DNA of 63,554 bases, filler included, from Phoronis australis (lineage: Eukaryota; Animalia; Phoronida), in assembly GCA_002633005.1 (NCBI GenBank). It is 14 parts of 14 records of this genome, joined end to end, with 100 filler letters (N's around TTAATTAATTAA, not from the genome) between each part and the next. Parts side by side here need not be neighbours in the genome. Positions count along the whole stretch, not along the records: positions 1 to 3,031 come from NMRA01003263.1; positions 3,132 to 6,964 come from NMRA01002818.1; positions 7,065 to 21,372 come from NMRA01001183.1; 11 more parts are not named here. The stretch is one strand, 5' to 3'. The notes beneath the pieces were generated by a model. That model did not search any database. It was not told the DNA's origin and saw nothing but the letters and a program-made list of their open reading frames with translations. Position numbers and translations under genes: made by a program. Shown here piece after piece: positions 1 to 12,447 of the stretch (the stretch's first letter is position 1; each line of letters starts with the position of its first letter).

Positions 1-294
1 CTCGCACGTAATACACATGACGGTGTCCTGGTTTTGTGGCAATGTGTCATGTTTTACTTAATATCGTACCAATAAATTGTGAGACGAATACTAGAAAATT
101 GATACTTTTTCTATTTTATTGCAAAAATTACACCTTTCCTTGCAAATCTGTAACCTCCTGCTCACCTAGTGATTCGAATGATTTTATTCTACGTTAAAAC
201 GTAAGCAGAGTTCAGGCGGCCTGATGTCATTTGCGGTGCATGAGACGTGCGCAGGCCTCGTGACTGGGCAAACTGCATAAAACATCTGAGCTAA

Positions 295-891
295 AAACAA
301 GAGGGCCTCGTTATGGATCAACAGAATCTTTATAAACGAAGTTTTCAAGTCTGCCTATAGCCATTAAGAAAAGGGAAAGACATTTGTTGCCATGTACATT
401 ACTATGTAACAATGCCATCCAGCCGGCAAGCCTATAAAAAGCTGAGCAAGACTCTAACATGCTTATTGATTTCAACGTCAGTACCCGACACTTGGGACAC
501 GCTGGGCTCCCTATATAGTCTATAACAGCCCTGGACACAGCAATCCATTGAGGGTCCTAGACCACAGGTATCCATAGCAATAAAATTGTGTACCAAAACA
601 AGCACACTTCAATCGTGCACGTGTATTAATTTGCAGGTGTACCTCTACTCCACCAGGTGGCAGTGTGATAACCAACTATGTTTTGACACCATTACGCTTG
701 CTTTTGATTCAATGCACAAGCCAAACTTAAAAGCCAACGTGTGAAAGTTTATACACAGGGACTTTTAGTTTTTTAGATTTATCGGACTGTGATATTAAAA
801 ATATCAAAATAGAAATGCTCCTACACCATGACGACGACATCCCGTTGCTCCCAACTTGTTCGATTCTAGAGCCCAACAACAAGGTGGGAAG
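295..891 (+). mobile_element. Helentron-associated (HINE/DINE-1-like) non-autonomous repeat
   Basis: Starts AACAAGAGGGCC and ends in the hairpin CCAACTTGTT...AACAAGGTGG (about 851-889). The same hairpin module recurs at about 5648-5689 and 6161-6202. Confidence 0.45.
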
Positions 892-2869
892 TTTACCCCC
901 GTAGCCAATGTCTTACACGACTGATTAACTCCATGCTGGCATTAATGGTTGGAGGGCCTGCGGTCTTTAGTTCGATAATGGCTCTAATCTCCGATCAGAT
1001 CGTATCTAGCCTGACTGGGCTGGGCTGATAAAAATGAAAGTTAAGTTATAACATATTTGAGCTTAAACCAATAGCATTTCTGAATTCCTCGTCAAATGCT
1101 GATCATGTTCCGTTTTTGAATCACCAAAATCGCTCAACTACAACAGAATTTAAGACAATCTATTCTGTCCAAACGGATCACCAACGCACTGCGTTTGACT
1201 GTGTTCTAAATACGTGTTCGGTAATAGCGTGCAACCACCATACGTTTCCTTTGAAGCCTGGGAGATAATTGGCCTGCTTGTTATCATCGGGACAAAAGAC
1301 TGAGCTGGGCAGTTAACAAAAGAGCCAGATGTTATCGCACGTTCAGCACCCCTCACGTCTGGAAAAGTTACTGAACGACAGAACGCTGTAATGCCGCCAA
1401 GAAAAATCAAGGATTGAGTGGTGGCCGTTTTAAAAATGGCTGCACGAAACACGAGACCCAATTAATGGGTACTCAACAATTGTCCCTAAGTCATCAGCAC
1501 ATTTGTAGAATTTGTTTACCCGCTAATGTTACCGGTATAGTTTTCCATTCTCTTTTAATTGTGATAAAACTTCTAATAATGCAAGGGTGAAAGTGAGGGC
1601 CTAAATCTTTAACTGAGTTGGGGACATTGGCTATTAAAGAGGCATGGAACACGAAAGCTCGACAAAAGTATTTTTTAAACAATTCCTGACGAAAGCACTA
1701 TTTCCCAACGACTAGTACAGAGTAAATCACCTTTTTCCTGTGATGAAATTTCCAGAAAAAAATCTCAAAATTCATGAGTATTTGAAATTCGCGCAAGGAA
1801 AAACTCTGTGGTTACCACAGAGTCTCTAATCTCTCTCCCACTTATGATAAATGCAAACATGCGCCCAAAGTCAGTTGCTTGAGGTCGTTTGAGGTTAAAG
1901 GTCACATTTTCCATGTAAGCAGGAAGAGATGACCAGGGAATTGTGCTATGTCTATATCTTTATAAGGAGAGGTGATTTGCCTCGTGAGAAAAATCTACGA
2001 AGTGGTGAGCAGTAGACAAATATTTTTTGTCGAAATTTGCATTGATATCGACAGAAATTAAAAAAAATACGAATAAATACCCCTAAAAATACCTGGTGAG
2101 CAGGTTGAATTCTGTTTCAGTGACAGAAAACCACTTTCATTATTGCAACTTAGTCTGTCAGTTTTCGCATTCCATCTGACTCTTCAATTAATTCCATCCA
2201 TATGAGTGTAGAATTCACTCTGGCTTTGCATCAAAGGTAGATCTTGACTTACCAATGAAGATAAAACATATAGCAGAAGAAAAGGCAACCAGTGTTTGTA
2301 TAAAATTCACAAATCAGCGTTACGGAATGTTCGGGAACGTGCGGTATCCGACACCGACTCAGTCTGATCGTGAAAGGACGCCGCTCTGATGAGGCCAGTC
2401 ATTATTTTCCCGGCTTGTCCGGCAATTTTCTGTCAATCAGCCATGACCAAAAATTGAATGCTGTCAAATTTGATAAAAATTGGTTGACTACGGAGGATTC
2501 TTTAAAAATATTTAATGAATGGTTTTACATTGGATATTGTCAATGTGGGAATTTCAATGCATTTCAACTGATACAGTCACGAAGCCTAATACTTAAATGA
2601 AAACTGTGGGCGATTTCACCCTTGCATAAACTTTATGAAGTTGAACAGATCGCGGACAACCCGGCGGCCAGGCATTTACACAAAGACGGTCTCCGAGTTT
2701 TCACCAGACTCGGTCAATAGCACCATCTGTCGGGAATACGAGGATTGGTGTTCGATTTGCTGTTTTTGATACTGCACTTCCGTGGTGACGCAAGTCGCTT
2801 GCAAACTACCAAGAGTGTCTTTAAAAGTCCAAAATTGTACCTATTTTGCTATTCGAGCAGAGCAAATAC

Positions 2870-2909
2870 ATGGCTGAAGTGGTCGGTGATTGCGCGAAGA
2901 TGAGTTTAG
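2870..2909 (+). CDS. Possible first coding exon of an unidentified gene (MAEVVGDCAKMSL-)
   Basis: ACA-ATG-G start context, AG|GTGAG donor, CpG-rich upstream region with an ETS-like CACTTCCG and TGACGCAA. No homology recognised. Confidence 0.3.
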
Positions 2910-3031
2910 GTGAGGAGTATTTACTTTTGAAGAACTTTTTCACTTAAAATTTTAAACCGGCTTCAGATGTCTTAGCAGGTTCACTGCTGAGAATGAAACC
3001 AGACTGGGGCTTGGCTGAGACACGTCGTACT

Positions 3032-3131
3032 NNNNNNNNNNNNNNNNNNNNNNNNNNNNNNNNNNNNNNNNNNNNTTAATTAATTAANNNNNNNNNNNNN
3101 NNNNNNNNNNNNNNNNNNNNNNNNNNNNNNN
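3032..3131. other. Artificial contig-join spacer (first of 13; the others start at 6965, 21373, 31789, 33943, 36220, 40082, 43529, 47359, 50050, 52319, 56839, 60381)
   Basis: 44 N + TTAATTAATTAA (stop codons in all six frames) + 44 N, repeated identically 13 times. Confidence 0.98.
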
Positions 3132-4703
3132 GTAATCGAGATTTGTTCATTAAGTTTATGAGCTAATCTACAAGCAGCCATATGTGCACATGAAGAACAC
3201 AAATTACGTAACAAAGAATTGCCATTAATCCTCACATATTCGCGATGAGGTTTGCAATGCAGTTTTGCACTAACTCGCCTTAAGCAATGATGGAAGAAGG
3301 TAAGTGATAGAAGATTTGATGTTGACTATGTTTAAGGATGAACTTGTACTTGGCCAGATTGGTTTATTCTGGTGGGCTTATATGCCAGAACAAATAAAAA
3401 GTTAGAGTTGTTCTTCCCTGGCATTACTCTACTGCATGGCTATTTCTATCTACTCCTGTCTATCTTGTCAAGAAAGTTTTGACCTAGTAGTTTTTAAATA
3501 TTAGGAAAATATGTATGACGTATTCTTAAATGATAGTTCCATGCAATGCAGAAAGGTCACATCTACTATAGTAACCTTTGCAAATTTCCGCAAGCATAAC
3601 ACAAATACGGTGGAAGTCCTCTAGAACAATAAACTCTTTTGGGTGGGATGCCGATGATGGTTGCAGTGCACTGAAAAAGTTACAGCATAGAGCCACACAA
3701 TCACAAATCTTATTATTTACTATCCCACTCACATCAACTTAACTTCACTTAGAGGTCATAGAGGTCATATCAGTACCGTGGTTGCCTCTAGTTCATTAAG
3801 TGTGCTCAGGTAAACTATTGGATAGCACAACTGGTAACGAGGGAAACTGTCTTCCTGTTATTAGACAGGGTCAAGTTATGTTGGTGGCCACGGGTGGTCT
3901 AGTGTTGAGAATAGAATGCATGAGCCTTTGGTTGTTGCTGTGGTCATATGTTTCATGTGTCTTATTTGTTGCCACCCAAATATTGTATTGTTGGTCTAAT
4001 TCGCTTCAGATAATCGACATGAAAAGAAAGGTTATGAGATTGAATTTTTTCACCTTAGACTTGTTAATTGTACCTAATTATCAGGTGTACGTTCAGGATA
4101 TCGCGTGGTACCCCTTAATATTCCACAATCACCTTTGCTCTTCTCATTCTCCATAAATTGTTGATCTACCCCGTAATTTCATCAAAAACATCAGGTTTCC
4201 AGCAAATGATTGTGGGACAAAATGGGATACGATTGTTGTGCTACACATTTTCGCGTGATCTGATTGGCTGCCATAAATTGCCGTATGGGAACAACTCATT
4301 AAGTAAATAGTCACTTACTTATGCGAGTCCTTGATTTTGAGTACAAGTTTGATACCCATTATTCACTGGAGGAAACATTAAGTTCTCAAAATCTGGAACA
4401 CCTGTAAGCGGACCATCCTGAATTAAAGAGTTGTCCTAGTTATCATTTACTCCATTCTATGCCTTTAAACGTAACTGGATATAATGCTGGAATTGTTGAT
4501 TTACCTTTTGTCTAATCAAATCTGAAATTTCCAAAAATAAGTTTTTGAAACCCTAGCTGCTCTTTGTTAGCAACAACTAAAACATAAAACTGATAACCAG
4601 ACTTATAAACTTTACAACAGTGATGATAATGGTTTAGATATTTGTAATTGACAATGCAAGACATTGTGCAAGGAAGAATGATGTACTAAATTTTTAATTT
4701 CAG

Positions 4704-4748
4704 ATGATGCATTTGAGAAGGTCAGACGGAACGAGATTGATATATCAG
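4704..4748 (+). CDS. DNMT3: DNMT3-family DNA methyltransferase, 45-nt exon just before the ADD domain
   Basis: tttcag| acceptor, G|gtaact donor, phase 1-1. Reads DAFEKVRRNEIDIS and joins in frame to the next exon, like the pre-ADD segment of DNMT3A (ERLVYEVRQKCRNIE). Confidence 0.8.
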
Positions 4749-4952
4749 GTAACTCTGAAAAATAAGTCAAAAACATTTAAAATACATAAAATTTAGTAAA
4801 TAACAGTGTTTTTATATGATGTGCCACATCCACTTTGGCTCTCATGGAAACTGCTTAGAAAAAATATTCTCTAGAACTTGTCAATGTTACTCAATTGATG
4901 GAATTTTGTCCAGCATATGAAATAGAGGTCCTTCATATTTGTTATGTTTCAG

Positions 4953-5086
4953 AGGTGTGCATATCATGTGATGTCCATACTGATCCAGTAGTGGCCCAAC
5001 ACCCTCTGTTTTATGGAGGTCTGTGTGCTGAGTGTAAACAGGAGCTGATGGATACACTATTCACATATGGAGACGATGGACTGAAT
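4953..5086 (+). CDS. DNMT3: DNMT3-family ADD domain exon (GATA-like finger)
   Basis: tttcag| ... |gtaagt. Encodes EVCISCDVHTDPVVAQHPLFYGGLCAECKQELMDTLFTYGDDGLN, matching the DNMT3 pattern CISC...HPLFxGGxCxxCK...YDDDG. Confidence 0.93.
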
Positions 5087-5463
5087 GTAAGTACTGGAGG
5101 CAAAGCCACAGTGGGAGGAATAGGGTGGATCTAAGTTGTATAAGTATTGGAGGTGGAGCATGCACAGTGTGATGTGTAGGGTGGATCTGAGTTGTACAAA
5201 TACAGGAGGCGGAGCCACTGTGTGATGGATAGGGTGTTACTAAGTTGTACAAGAACTGGAGGCGGAGCCACAGTGTGATGTGTAGGGTGGATGTAAGTTG
5301 TACAAATACAGGAGGCGGAGCCTGACTGTGTGATGGATAGGGTGGATCTAAGTTGTACAAGTATTGGAGGTGGAGCATGCACAGTGTGATGGATAGGGTG
5401 GATCTAAGTTGTACAAGTAGTGGAGGCGGAGCCACTGTGTGATAAATAAGGTGGATCTAAGTT
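5087..5463 (+). repeat. Intronic minisatellite, about 53-56 bp unit, about 7 copies (second array at about 5740-5972)
   Basis: The unit GTACAAGTACTGGAGGCGGAGCCACAGTGTGATGGATAGGGTGGATCTAAGTT is repeated with variants. It explains the repetitive APPPV/STLSITQ ORFs on the minus strand. Confidence 0.95.
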
Positions 5464-6251
5464 ACTGAGGTGGATCCCAGGTGTGCAGGTGGTTGGAAAG
5501 TACCTTAAAATAATTATTTAATGGTGGTAATGAAGTGGGTGTCATTTTTTAACATACGGTTTATAGCACTATTTATTTGTACAATAATTACTAGTGGATT
5601 CACTCTTGGGTGCAGTGCTGCATCATTCTGGCGTTTTTCCATTGGTGCCAACTTGTTTGATTCTAGAGCCCAACAACAAGTTGGGAAGAGATGCTGGAAC
5701 TGTCAATATAAAACAACAAGTTGTATTATTTCCATATTNTGTGTAGGGTGGATATAAGTTGTACAAATACAGGAGGCGGAGCCACTGTGTGATGGATAGG
5801 GTGGGTCTAAGTTGTACAAGTACTGGAGGCGGAGCCACAGTGTGATGTGTAGGGTGGATATAAGTTGTACAAATACAGGAGGCGGAGCCACTGTGTGATG
5901 GATAGGGTGGATCTAAGTTGTACAAGTAGTGGAGGCGGAGCCACTGTGTGATAAATAAGGTGGATCTAAGTTACTGTAAAGAGGTGAATCCCAGGTGTGC
6001 AGGTGGTTGGAAAGTACCTTAAAATAATTATTTAATGGTGGTAATGAAGTGGGTGTCATTTTTTAACATACGGTTTATAGCACTATTTATTAGTACAATA
6101 ATTACTAGTGGATTCACTCTTGGGTGCAGTGCTGCATCATTCTGGCATTCTTCCATTGGTGCCAACTTGTTTGACTCTAGAGCCCAACAACAAGTTGGGA
6201 AGAGATGCTGGAACTGTCAATATAAAACAACAAGTTGTATTATTTCCATAT
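5280..6251. repeat. Near-identical tandem duplication across a single N (5739); probable assembly/haplotype artefact
   Basis: About 5280-5738 is repeated at about 5740-6251 with few substitutions, and the junction is a lone N. Confidence 0.8.
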
Positions 6252-6276
6252 TCAAGGTAACACCTCTCTGTTTCAG

Positions 6277-6341
6277 CTGTATTGTGTTGTTTGTGGCAAC
6301 AGTGGTGAAATGTTTGTTTGTGACAAACCACAGTGCACAAG
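6277..6341 (+). CDS. DNMT3: DNMT3-family ADD domain exon (start of PHD-like finger)
   Basis: tttcag| ... AG|gtaggc, phase 0-2. Encodes LYCVVCGNSGEMFVCDKPQCTR (compare DNMT3A [22 protein letters not shown]). Confidence 0.9.
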
Positions 6342-9016
6342 GTAGGCTTTCAATGAGTATGGGATTGAGTAGAATGCTTGGGTTACATTAAGTAGAACTG
6401 TATACCTATGTCACTATGATCAAAAACGTACAGCCACTATGTGGCGTCATGCTCCGTTGATCACTCTGATTAATTTCTGTTTCAAAACGTGATTATGTGG
6501 TCGAGTTGTCATTAGGTCAGGAACAAAAGTGGTATTTCAAATATGTGAAATCATTGGTAGTCAAGAGTCATGCATCAATTTAGTGGGCATGTTGCCTGGA
6601 TGTCCATGGACAGCTGTTGATGTTAACCATGTATTTGAAATCAGCTGGCTCTCTACACATTATTGGGTTATTGCCTAACAATATTAAAGGAAAGCTTGAT
6701 GATCTGCCTAGGACCATTTCCCACAAAAGTTCAATGGTCCTTGTGTAGACAGATGTTAAGTGTTTTGTAAAGTCACTAAGGTGGTACATAATCACAGACT
6801 GTATATTTATTTTAAAAAAGAATGACTCCTACATAATAGCAGATGACTTGCAGAGCCCATGTGGGGCTCTCACAGTTGAATAGCTCACTTGCGAGTTTCT
6901 CGCTAGTCACTGTGACGTCACCGGAAAGGGGGCAAAACCCGACATATTGCTCTTGTTTTGCCCCNNNNNNNNNNNNNNNNNNNNNNNNNNNNNNNNNNNN
7001 NNNNNNNNTTAATTAATTAANNNNNNNNNNNNNNNNNNNNNNNNNNNNNNNNNNNNNNNNNNNNCACATGGTCTATAGGCGATCCAGGCCACAAGGGGGC
7101 TGAGGGGGCTTTAGCCCCACATCTTCAGTGCTGCGCCGCCCATGTCAATGGATAACAAATAATTTCTAGACTTAATAGGAACTGCTGTGACAGGTCGCTG
7201 CTGCTCCATCTGTTTTATTTTAGAGTTATAAAAATGGATTCAGCAACATAGGCGGTTTAAGGGGGGGGGGGAGGGGGGCTCCCTTGGCCGAAACAGAAAC
7301 GGTAACAGCGTGAAGCGTGAGGAAATATTGAGTTCAGCAACTAGGACTGGTAGCAAATGAGGGGCAGGGGTGCTCAGACCCCAAATCGCTGCGGAATCGT
7401 TTTTTGTAGTCCACCGATAGATTTTTTGAAGATCGAGAAGGTCCACATCCCCGGCCCCAGCAACTTTCGGACGGCCTGTGCACATACAATCGCGCTTTGC
7501 CCAATTCCCCGAGGCAACATGTTGGGCTGGGCCCCCCTTATGGTATCCTAGATCGGCCACTGAGCTAAGACGTTCGTAGGCAAAATGGATAGTTCCGATA
7601 AACACGACCAGGCGACGCCCGATATAGTTATTGTGCAACGCTCCCACAAGCGCAAAGACAACATGGCAAATGTGGTACTGTACAGCAATGGGTTCTCTAC
7701 GACGTGTTTTTGGCGATAGCTCACTCATTGTTGCCAAATATATCCCTATTTGAAAGATCTGCTGACCGGGCAGTTGGGCTGGCATCAGGCGTGGTTGTCA
7801 TCATCAAGCATGCACCGTCAGGCTAGAGAACGTTAAAATGTCATAACATGTATAAACTTCCGTAAATGAATAAAGAAAATTAAAATAGATTTAATGCTTA
7901 TATGATGGGTTGTTAACAAACAGCCCTAAAACTTTGGCAAGTTTGGAGCAAATCTTTCTTTCTTAAGGCCCAAGGAAGCATTTATTGGGGTTACAGAAAT
8001 TTTGCACGATTTCCACGGGGTTTGACGATTCGGAAGCACTTTCAGTTTCTTGAATAGCTTGGGATGGCCCATCTGATGCCGGAAGCGGAACTGCCACGCC
8101 TTAACATCTTCGAAGATCAAGGCGATCCATGCCATTTGCAACAGCAGGAATGTTTTCTCTCGGGAATGGTATGTAATTTGAAAATGTATCACAAAACTTT
8201 CTATAAAATGTCAAAACAAATAGCAGTCCACTACTTCTCGTATTTCAAAAAGGAAATTCTAAAGTATATCCTGGGCACACCACTGAGTAGACCTGCAGTA
8301 ACATTAGATGTATTTATTAACAGGGAGTGAATTGTACGCGTGGTCTTGGTGGACCCACATTAAATGTGTATGACGTTTTCATTTATATTCGCACACGTAG
8401 AAAAAATAAATGTCATAAACATTTCATCGAGCGTTCATCTACGCGAACATTATTTTAAAAATTTCGTATTTGTCACCATGGTGACACGATATTCAATCCA
8501 TCCCGTTTAAAATGCATTCTGTATAGGAATCACTAAGCTTCCGAGTAAAGTTATGGTCTGAAAAAAATCAGAAACAGTTTTGTCCAACGGTTCAACCAGA
8601 CTCTGTTGTCAGTGTCGCGATATACAGATCATGTGCGCCTGTGTGTGCTTGTGCGTGGGTGTGAATGTCCAGTAGAGATGATACGGCGTGCCATTTCACA
8701 TTCACATGGCTTCTTTCTTATATTCATTTCTCATAGAATGAAGCGGACAAGCTTGGGCCAGGTGTTTGCTGCTTACCTGTTGTCATGACCCGAAGGTCAC
8801 AACCTGCCGTGTACAGTTTGGAACATGGTAGGTCAACGACATAAACTAAAATCAGGAAGCCCACGTGGAATGAACTAAAAAGCTACGTTCCCAATAGAAA
8901 AGTAATGCACACTTATACAATAAGAAGCAATTCATTATGACATGAGAGAACAGAGTAGTAAGCGCAATACGAAATTCTTAAAAACAAATTAGTTTAGTCA
9001 GTTTAAAATTGGAAAA

Positions 9017-10670
9017 ATGGACGATCAAAATCTTAACGGGAGCTCGCAGGCAACCCAGAGCCATCTGAAGGTATACACATTGGAAACCAATGCCTGAAAA
9101 CAAAACAAAACAACAGCTAGCATCTTTGAATAAGTTTGCGACCAACTACGAGAAAGTGAATAAGAAAGGCAATTTACTTTACATTCCTTATGTATAAAAC
9201 GAGTATCTATAGAGAATTCGAGTCCATTAAATTATTTTTGTTAACTCTATAGAGTTTAACGAGATGGAATATGACAACAGTAGTTTGCAGTTCACTGGTC
9301 CACTGCCATCTTCAAACAGAAATGATGAGGAAAACGGTGAAAAACTGGACACGTCGAGCGCAGCTGTCTTCAGCCGACTGGGTAAGTACCGTCTGAAAAC
9401 TTGTCGAGTTATTTAAACGTCCACACCAACGTTCATGAGTACACAAAAGGGCAAAACACCCTCAAATTTACTTGGCGAGATCACGCATAAAACTCGGATT
9501 TAGCAAAGCACTGGTGATATTTTAAAAAATCTCGTGTCCGAGTTCAATATTGCTATTTAAATTGAAGTTGCTACAAGCCAGCCCTCACTGAGCCAAAAAT
9601 CAAATTCATGTAGTCAGAGACATTATGTCGTTTGTTTCTTTCTCGGATGAGAAGTGATGTCTGGGCTAGGAAAGACCTGACAGTTTGTATGGCCTAGCGA
9701 TCATGTTCTGTGTATACCCGTCATCATAAGCAACCAGCAACTGAGCCTGGGTTCCAAGCAGTTAGGGTTTGTCAGTTCTTCGAAGCACTGGAATTACCAT
9801 CAATTTGATCTTGTCAGCGCAGACTATAGTTTGGCATGCACCAAGTGAGAAGCGCTCCCAAGGCTCGTTTACAGTAAAACAAGATATGTCTAGTACAGAC
9901 ATAAAGTCATATATGCTCTTCACCTTCGTACTGGAGTGGCTCAGTCTCGAACGGGTGTTTTTAAAGCGGCCACAACCCCGCTTTCCATAAAAAAACAACT
10001 ATGTACACGACAGGTCTCAAATTGTCCCTTGGTCAAATTGGAGGTGATTTCAGGGCTTCAAAGAAGTGACAGTTTGTTACCTTTTGAGATCAGGCTGTAC
10101 AATGTGCCTAGTCAGAACATGTCATTCTATGCGGCGAGCATGGTCTCAAGGAATAGCGAATATTGCAAGTTGTTTACAAATCGAGAAGTCACTTGTCATC
10201 TGAATGAGGAACAAGATGAGATCCATGTTTGGGCGGTAAGTGACGGTCTAGATAAAGTCGCTTCTTGGACAGAACGCGGGTTTATAAGTCATTTTAACAG
10301 TTGATGCTGCCTGATACAGTTTCACTTTAATCGTCAGGAGACATCTTCAGTAGAAGACTAAACGTGGAATTGACCAATTTTGCGTCCAACGTGCACGAGC
10401 TCTTGAACGATCAACGCGGGTGTTTTCAGAATATGATGTGCATGTCACAAGAGGCGGCAGGCTACAGAGAAACTGAGGTACATGTCATCTATAGTGGGAG
10501 ACCAGTTAGAGGACAAAGTGATATTTTGTGTCGGGAAAAGTATTTTCCTGACACCTTGTATGTACTCCGGTATCCCAATTGTTGATGGAGGCACAGGGCT
10601 CTCATAAAATTTACAAAACCCATACACAGACCCAGAGGAAGATAGCAAACACTAGAAGGCAACATTGCCC
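9017..10670 (+). pseudogene. Candidate degraded spliced gene of unknown family
   Basis: Possible exons 9017-9070 (MDDQNLNGSSQATQSHLK|gt) and 9291-9381 (FTGPLPSSNRNDEENGEKLDTSSAAVFSRL-G|gtaagt), then a long frame from about 9568 to 10304 broken by a few stops. An inverted paralogous segment lies at 14678-14934. No family recognised. Confidence 0.3.
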
Positions 10671-12447
10671 AACTTTGCTCACAATCTTGCCACCATTTTT
10701 ACCCATCTCTTCCTATAGCCGCCAGTTTCCACTATCTCGCTCCTACCTTACCTTGGCGTCACAAATTTTACCATTTCTTCGAATAGCCACGATTTCTCCC
10801 TATCGGCGCCATTTTCTGCTGTACCTCACGGAGTAATTGCCCGGATATGGATCGAGCACTTGCCCTCCCACAGACCCCGGCACAAATTTTACTCGGTACG
10901 TCTGACTCTGCCGATTGAAAAGGGATCCGAGGTGCGACCCGATGCAGCTCCTACTGCTCGAGGTTCTCTCTTTGATTGTTTTTAAAAGACTTACCAGAGA
11001 GACAACCCTTCAAGTTCCATGAGTTTTACCCTTTGCATGCACTCAATGCTTAAACGGAACGACCACACCACCGGCCCTTTCAATAAACCCGTACAGTTCG
11101 AATCACATCACCAACCGTGCTCCAAACATTTTGCCAAATATAGTGATCTCGGGGTTGGAAATATAGAACGGTCTTCAGACCAACGTCAGCACATGGAGAA
11201 GCTGCTGGCATTACAGTCAACAACGGGCTGATAAGTCGTCTGCTTCCTTTCAGCTGGTTAGTCAACAACGTTCTCATTTTTCTTTACAGTTTGAAGCAGT
11301 ACCCTCAGAACTTACACATTTACCTAACTGTAAGTATCCCGACACAATCAAGACAGTGGGAAGGGAAAGCACTGTCTGCACAATCCGATTTGTCGTATAC
11401 GATTTCGTATACGACTGTCGCGTGCAACTTAACGGAGTGTGTAGACGGCTCACCAAGAAATTCAGGCCCGGTCATAAACTGAAAAATACAGTGTCCTCAA
11501 AGTAGTTGTTTAGGAGCATTTGGATGTGTAGGTGCAGCTATTGGGTTCGAGATCGACACGTAAAAAATCCCTCCGCGGCTTCTTTGCAGATACTCAATGT
11601 TTTCATTAAAGTAATATGTACATGTTTTACAAACATTTACTATAGCAAGTTGGAATTTTGCCTTTGTGATTGTACTGTTTCCAGATTCTTCCGAGCACGA
11701 CCCATTTGCAGTTGAAACTGGTCACAGGTAATTCAATCAATTACATGTACTTAGCGTCTTGTAGTTATTTACTATTAATTCTGTTTTTTAGTTTGTTCAT
11801 TTCCTTCGCCGTATTCACTGTGTTTCTTGTGTGTAGTTATGCTTCAATGGCATATGTGTGGCTGTGGGGTCACTAGGCTGTAAAAGTCCTTCCCAAAATC
11901 TTCCCTAAACCAAATATATATTTTGAGATTGTTTTTATGTAATCTGCAATAAACACTCGCCTTCATGGAACCCATGCACTTAAGTATTAGGCAATTATCC
12001 ACGAAATTCCTCATGTGGTCTAGCATAGAATAATGGACACCTATCAAAAGTAAAATAGAAAATGACAAAAAATAATTTCTGGAGTTAAAGATTAGACCCC
12101 GGGCCCTGTTTTATGTTTTGGGGTCTAGTTAAAAATGTTTCGTTACTCTTTTAAATGCTCAAAGCACAATCGTCATCTATTTTTTCAATTGCAGGCAAGA
12201 ATCAGCAAGTACCACAACAGAGTCCACGGAATCCAGGTGCGTGACGTCATACCTAACAAAACAAGTTAAATTACGGCATGAATAATTACGTGCTCATTGT
12301 GTTGGATATTTGATTGACAGAAAGTTATTTCAGGCTCCAAGTATCCTCTCGTTTTGTTTGTCTCACATGAGATTTTCTATTGTTTCAGCCGGTCCTGTTA
12401 GCCTAAAGATTCCTGAAATTCAAAAACTTTTCCAACGAAACGTAATC

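Noticed and set aside
3076-3087. TTAATTAATTAA as a biological motif or CRISPR-like repeat
   Set aside because: It is always centred in exactly 44+44 Ns, so it is a synthetic linker.
4895-5134. ATRX rather than DNMT3, or a single-exon ORF as listed in the track
   Set aside because: HPLFYGGLC and YGDDG fit the DNMT3 ADD domain, and the ORF ends are intronic sequence beyond clear splice sites.
5061-5925. Proline-rich repetitive ORFs (APPPV..., PPYPSHSGSAS...)
   Set aside because: They are translations of the intronic minisatellite, antisense to DNMT3.
5087-5972. CRISPR array
   Set aside because: The units are contiguous tandem copies with no unique spacers, in a eukaryotic intron.
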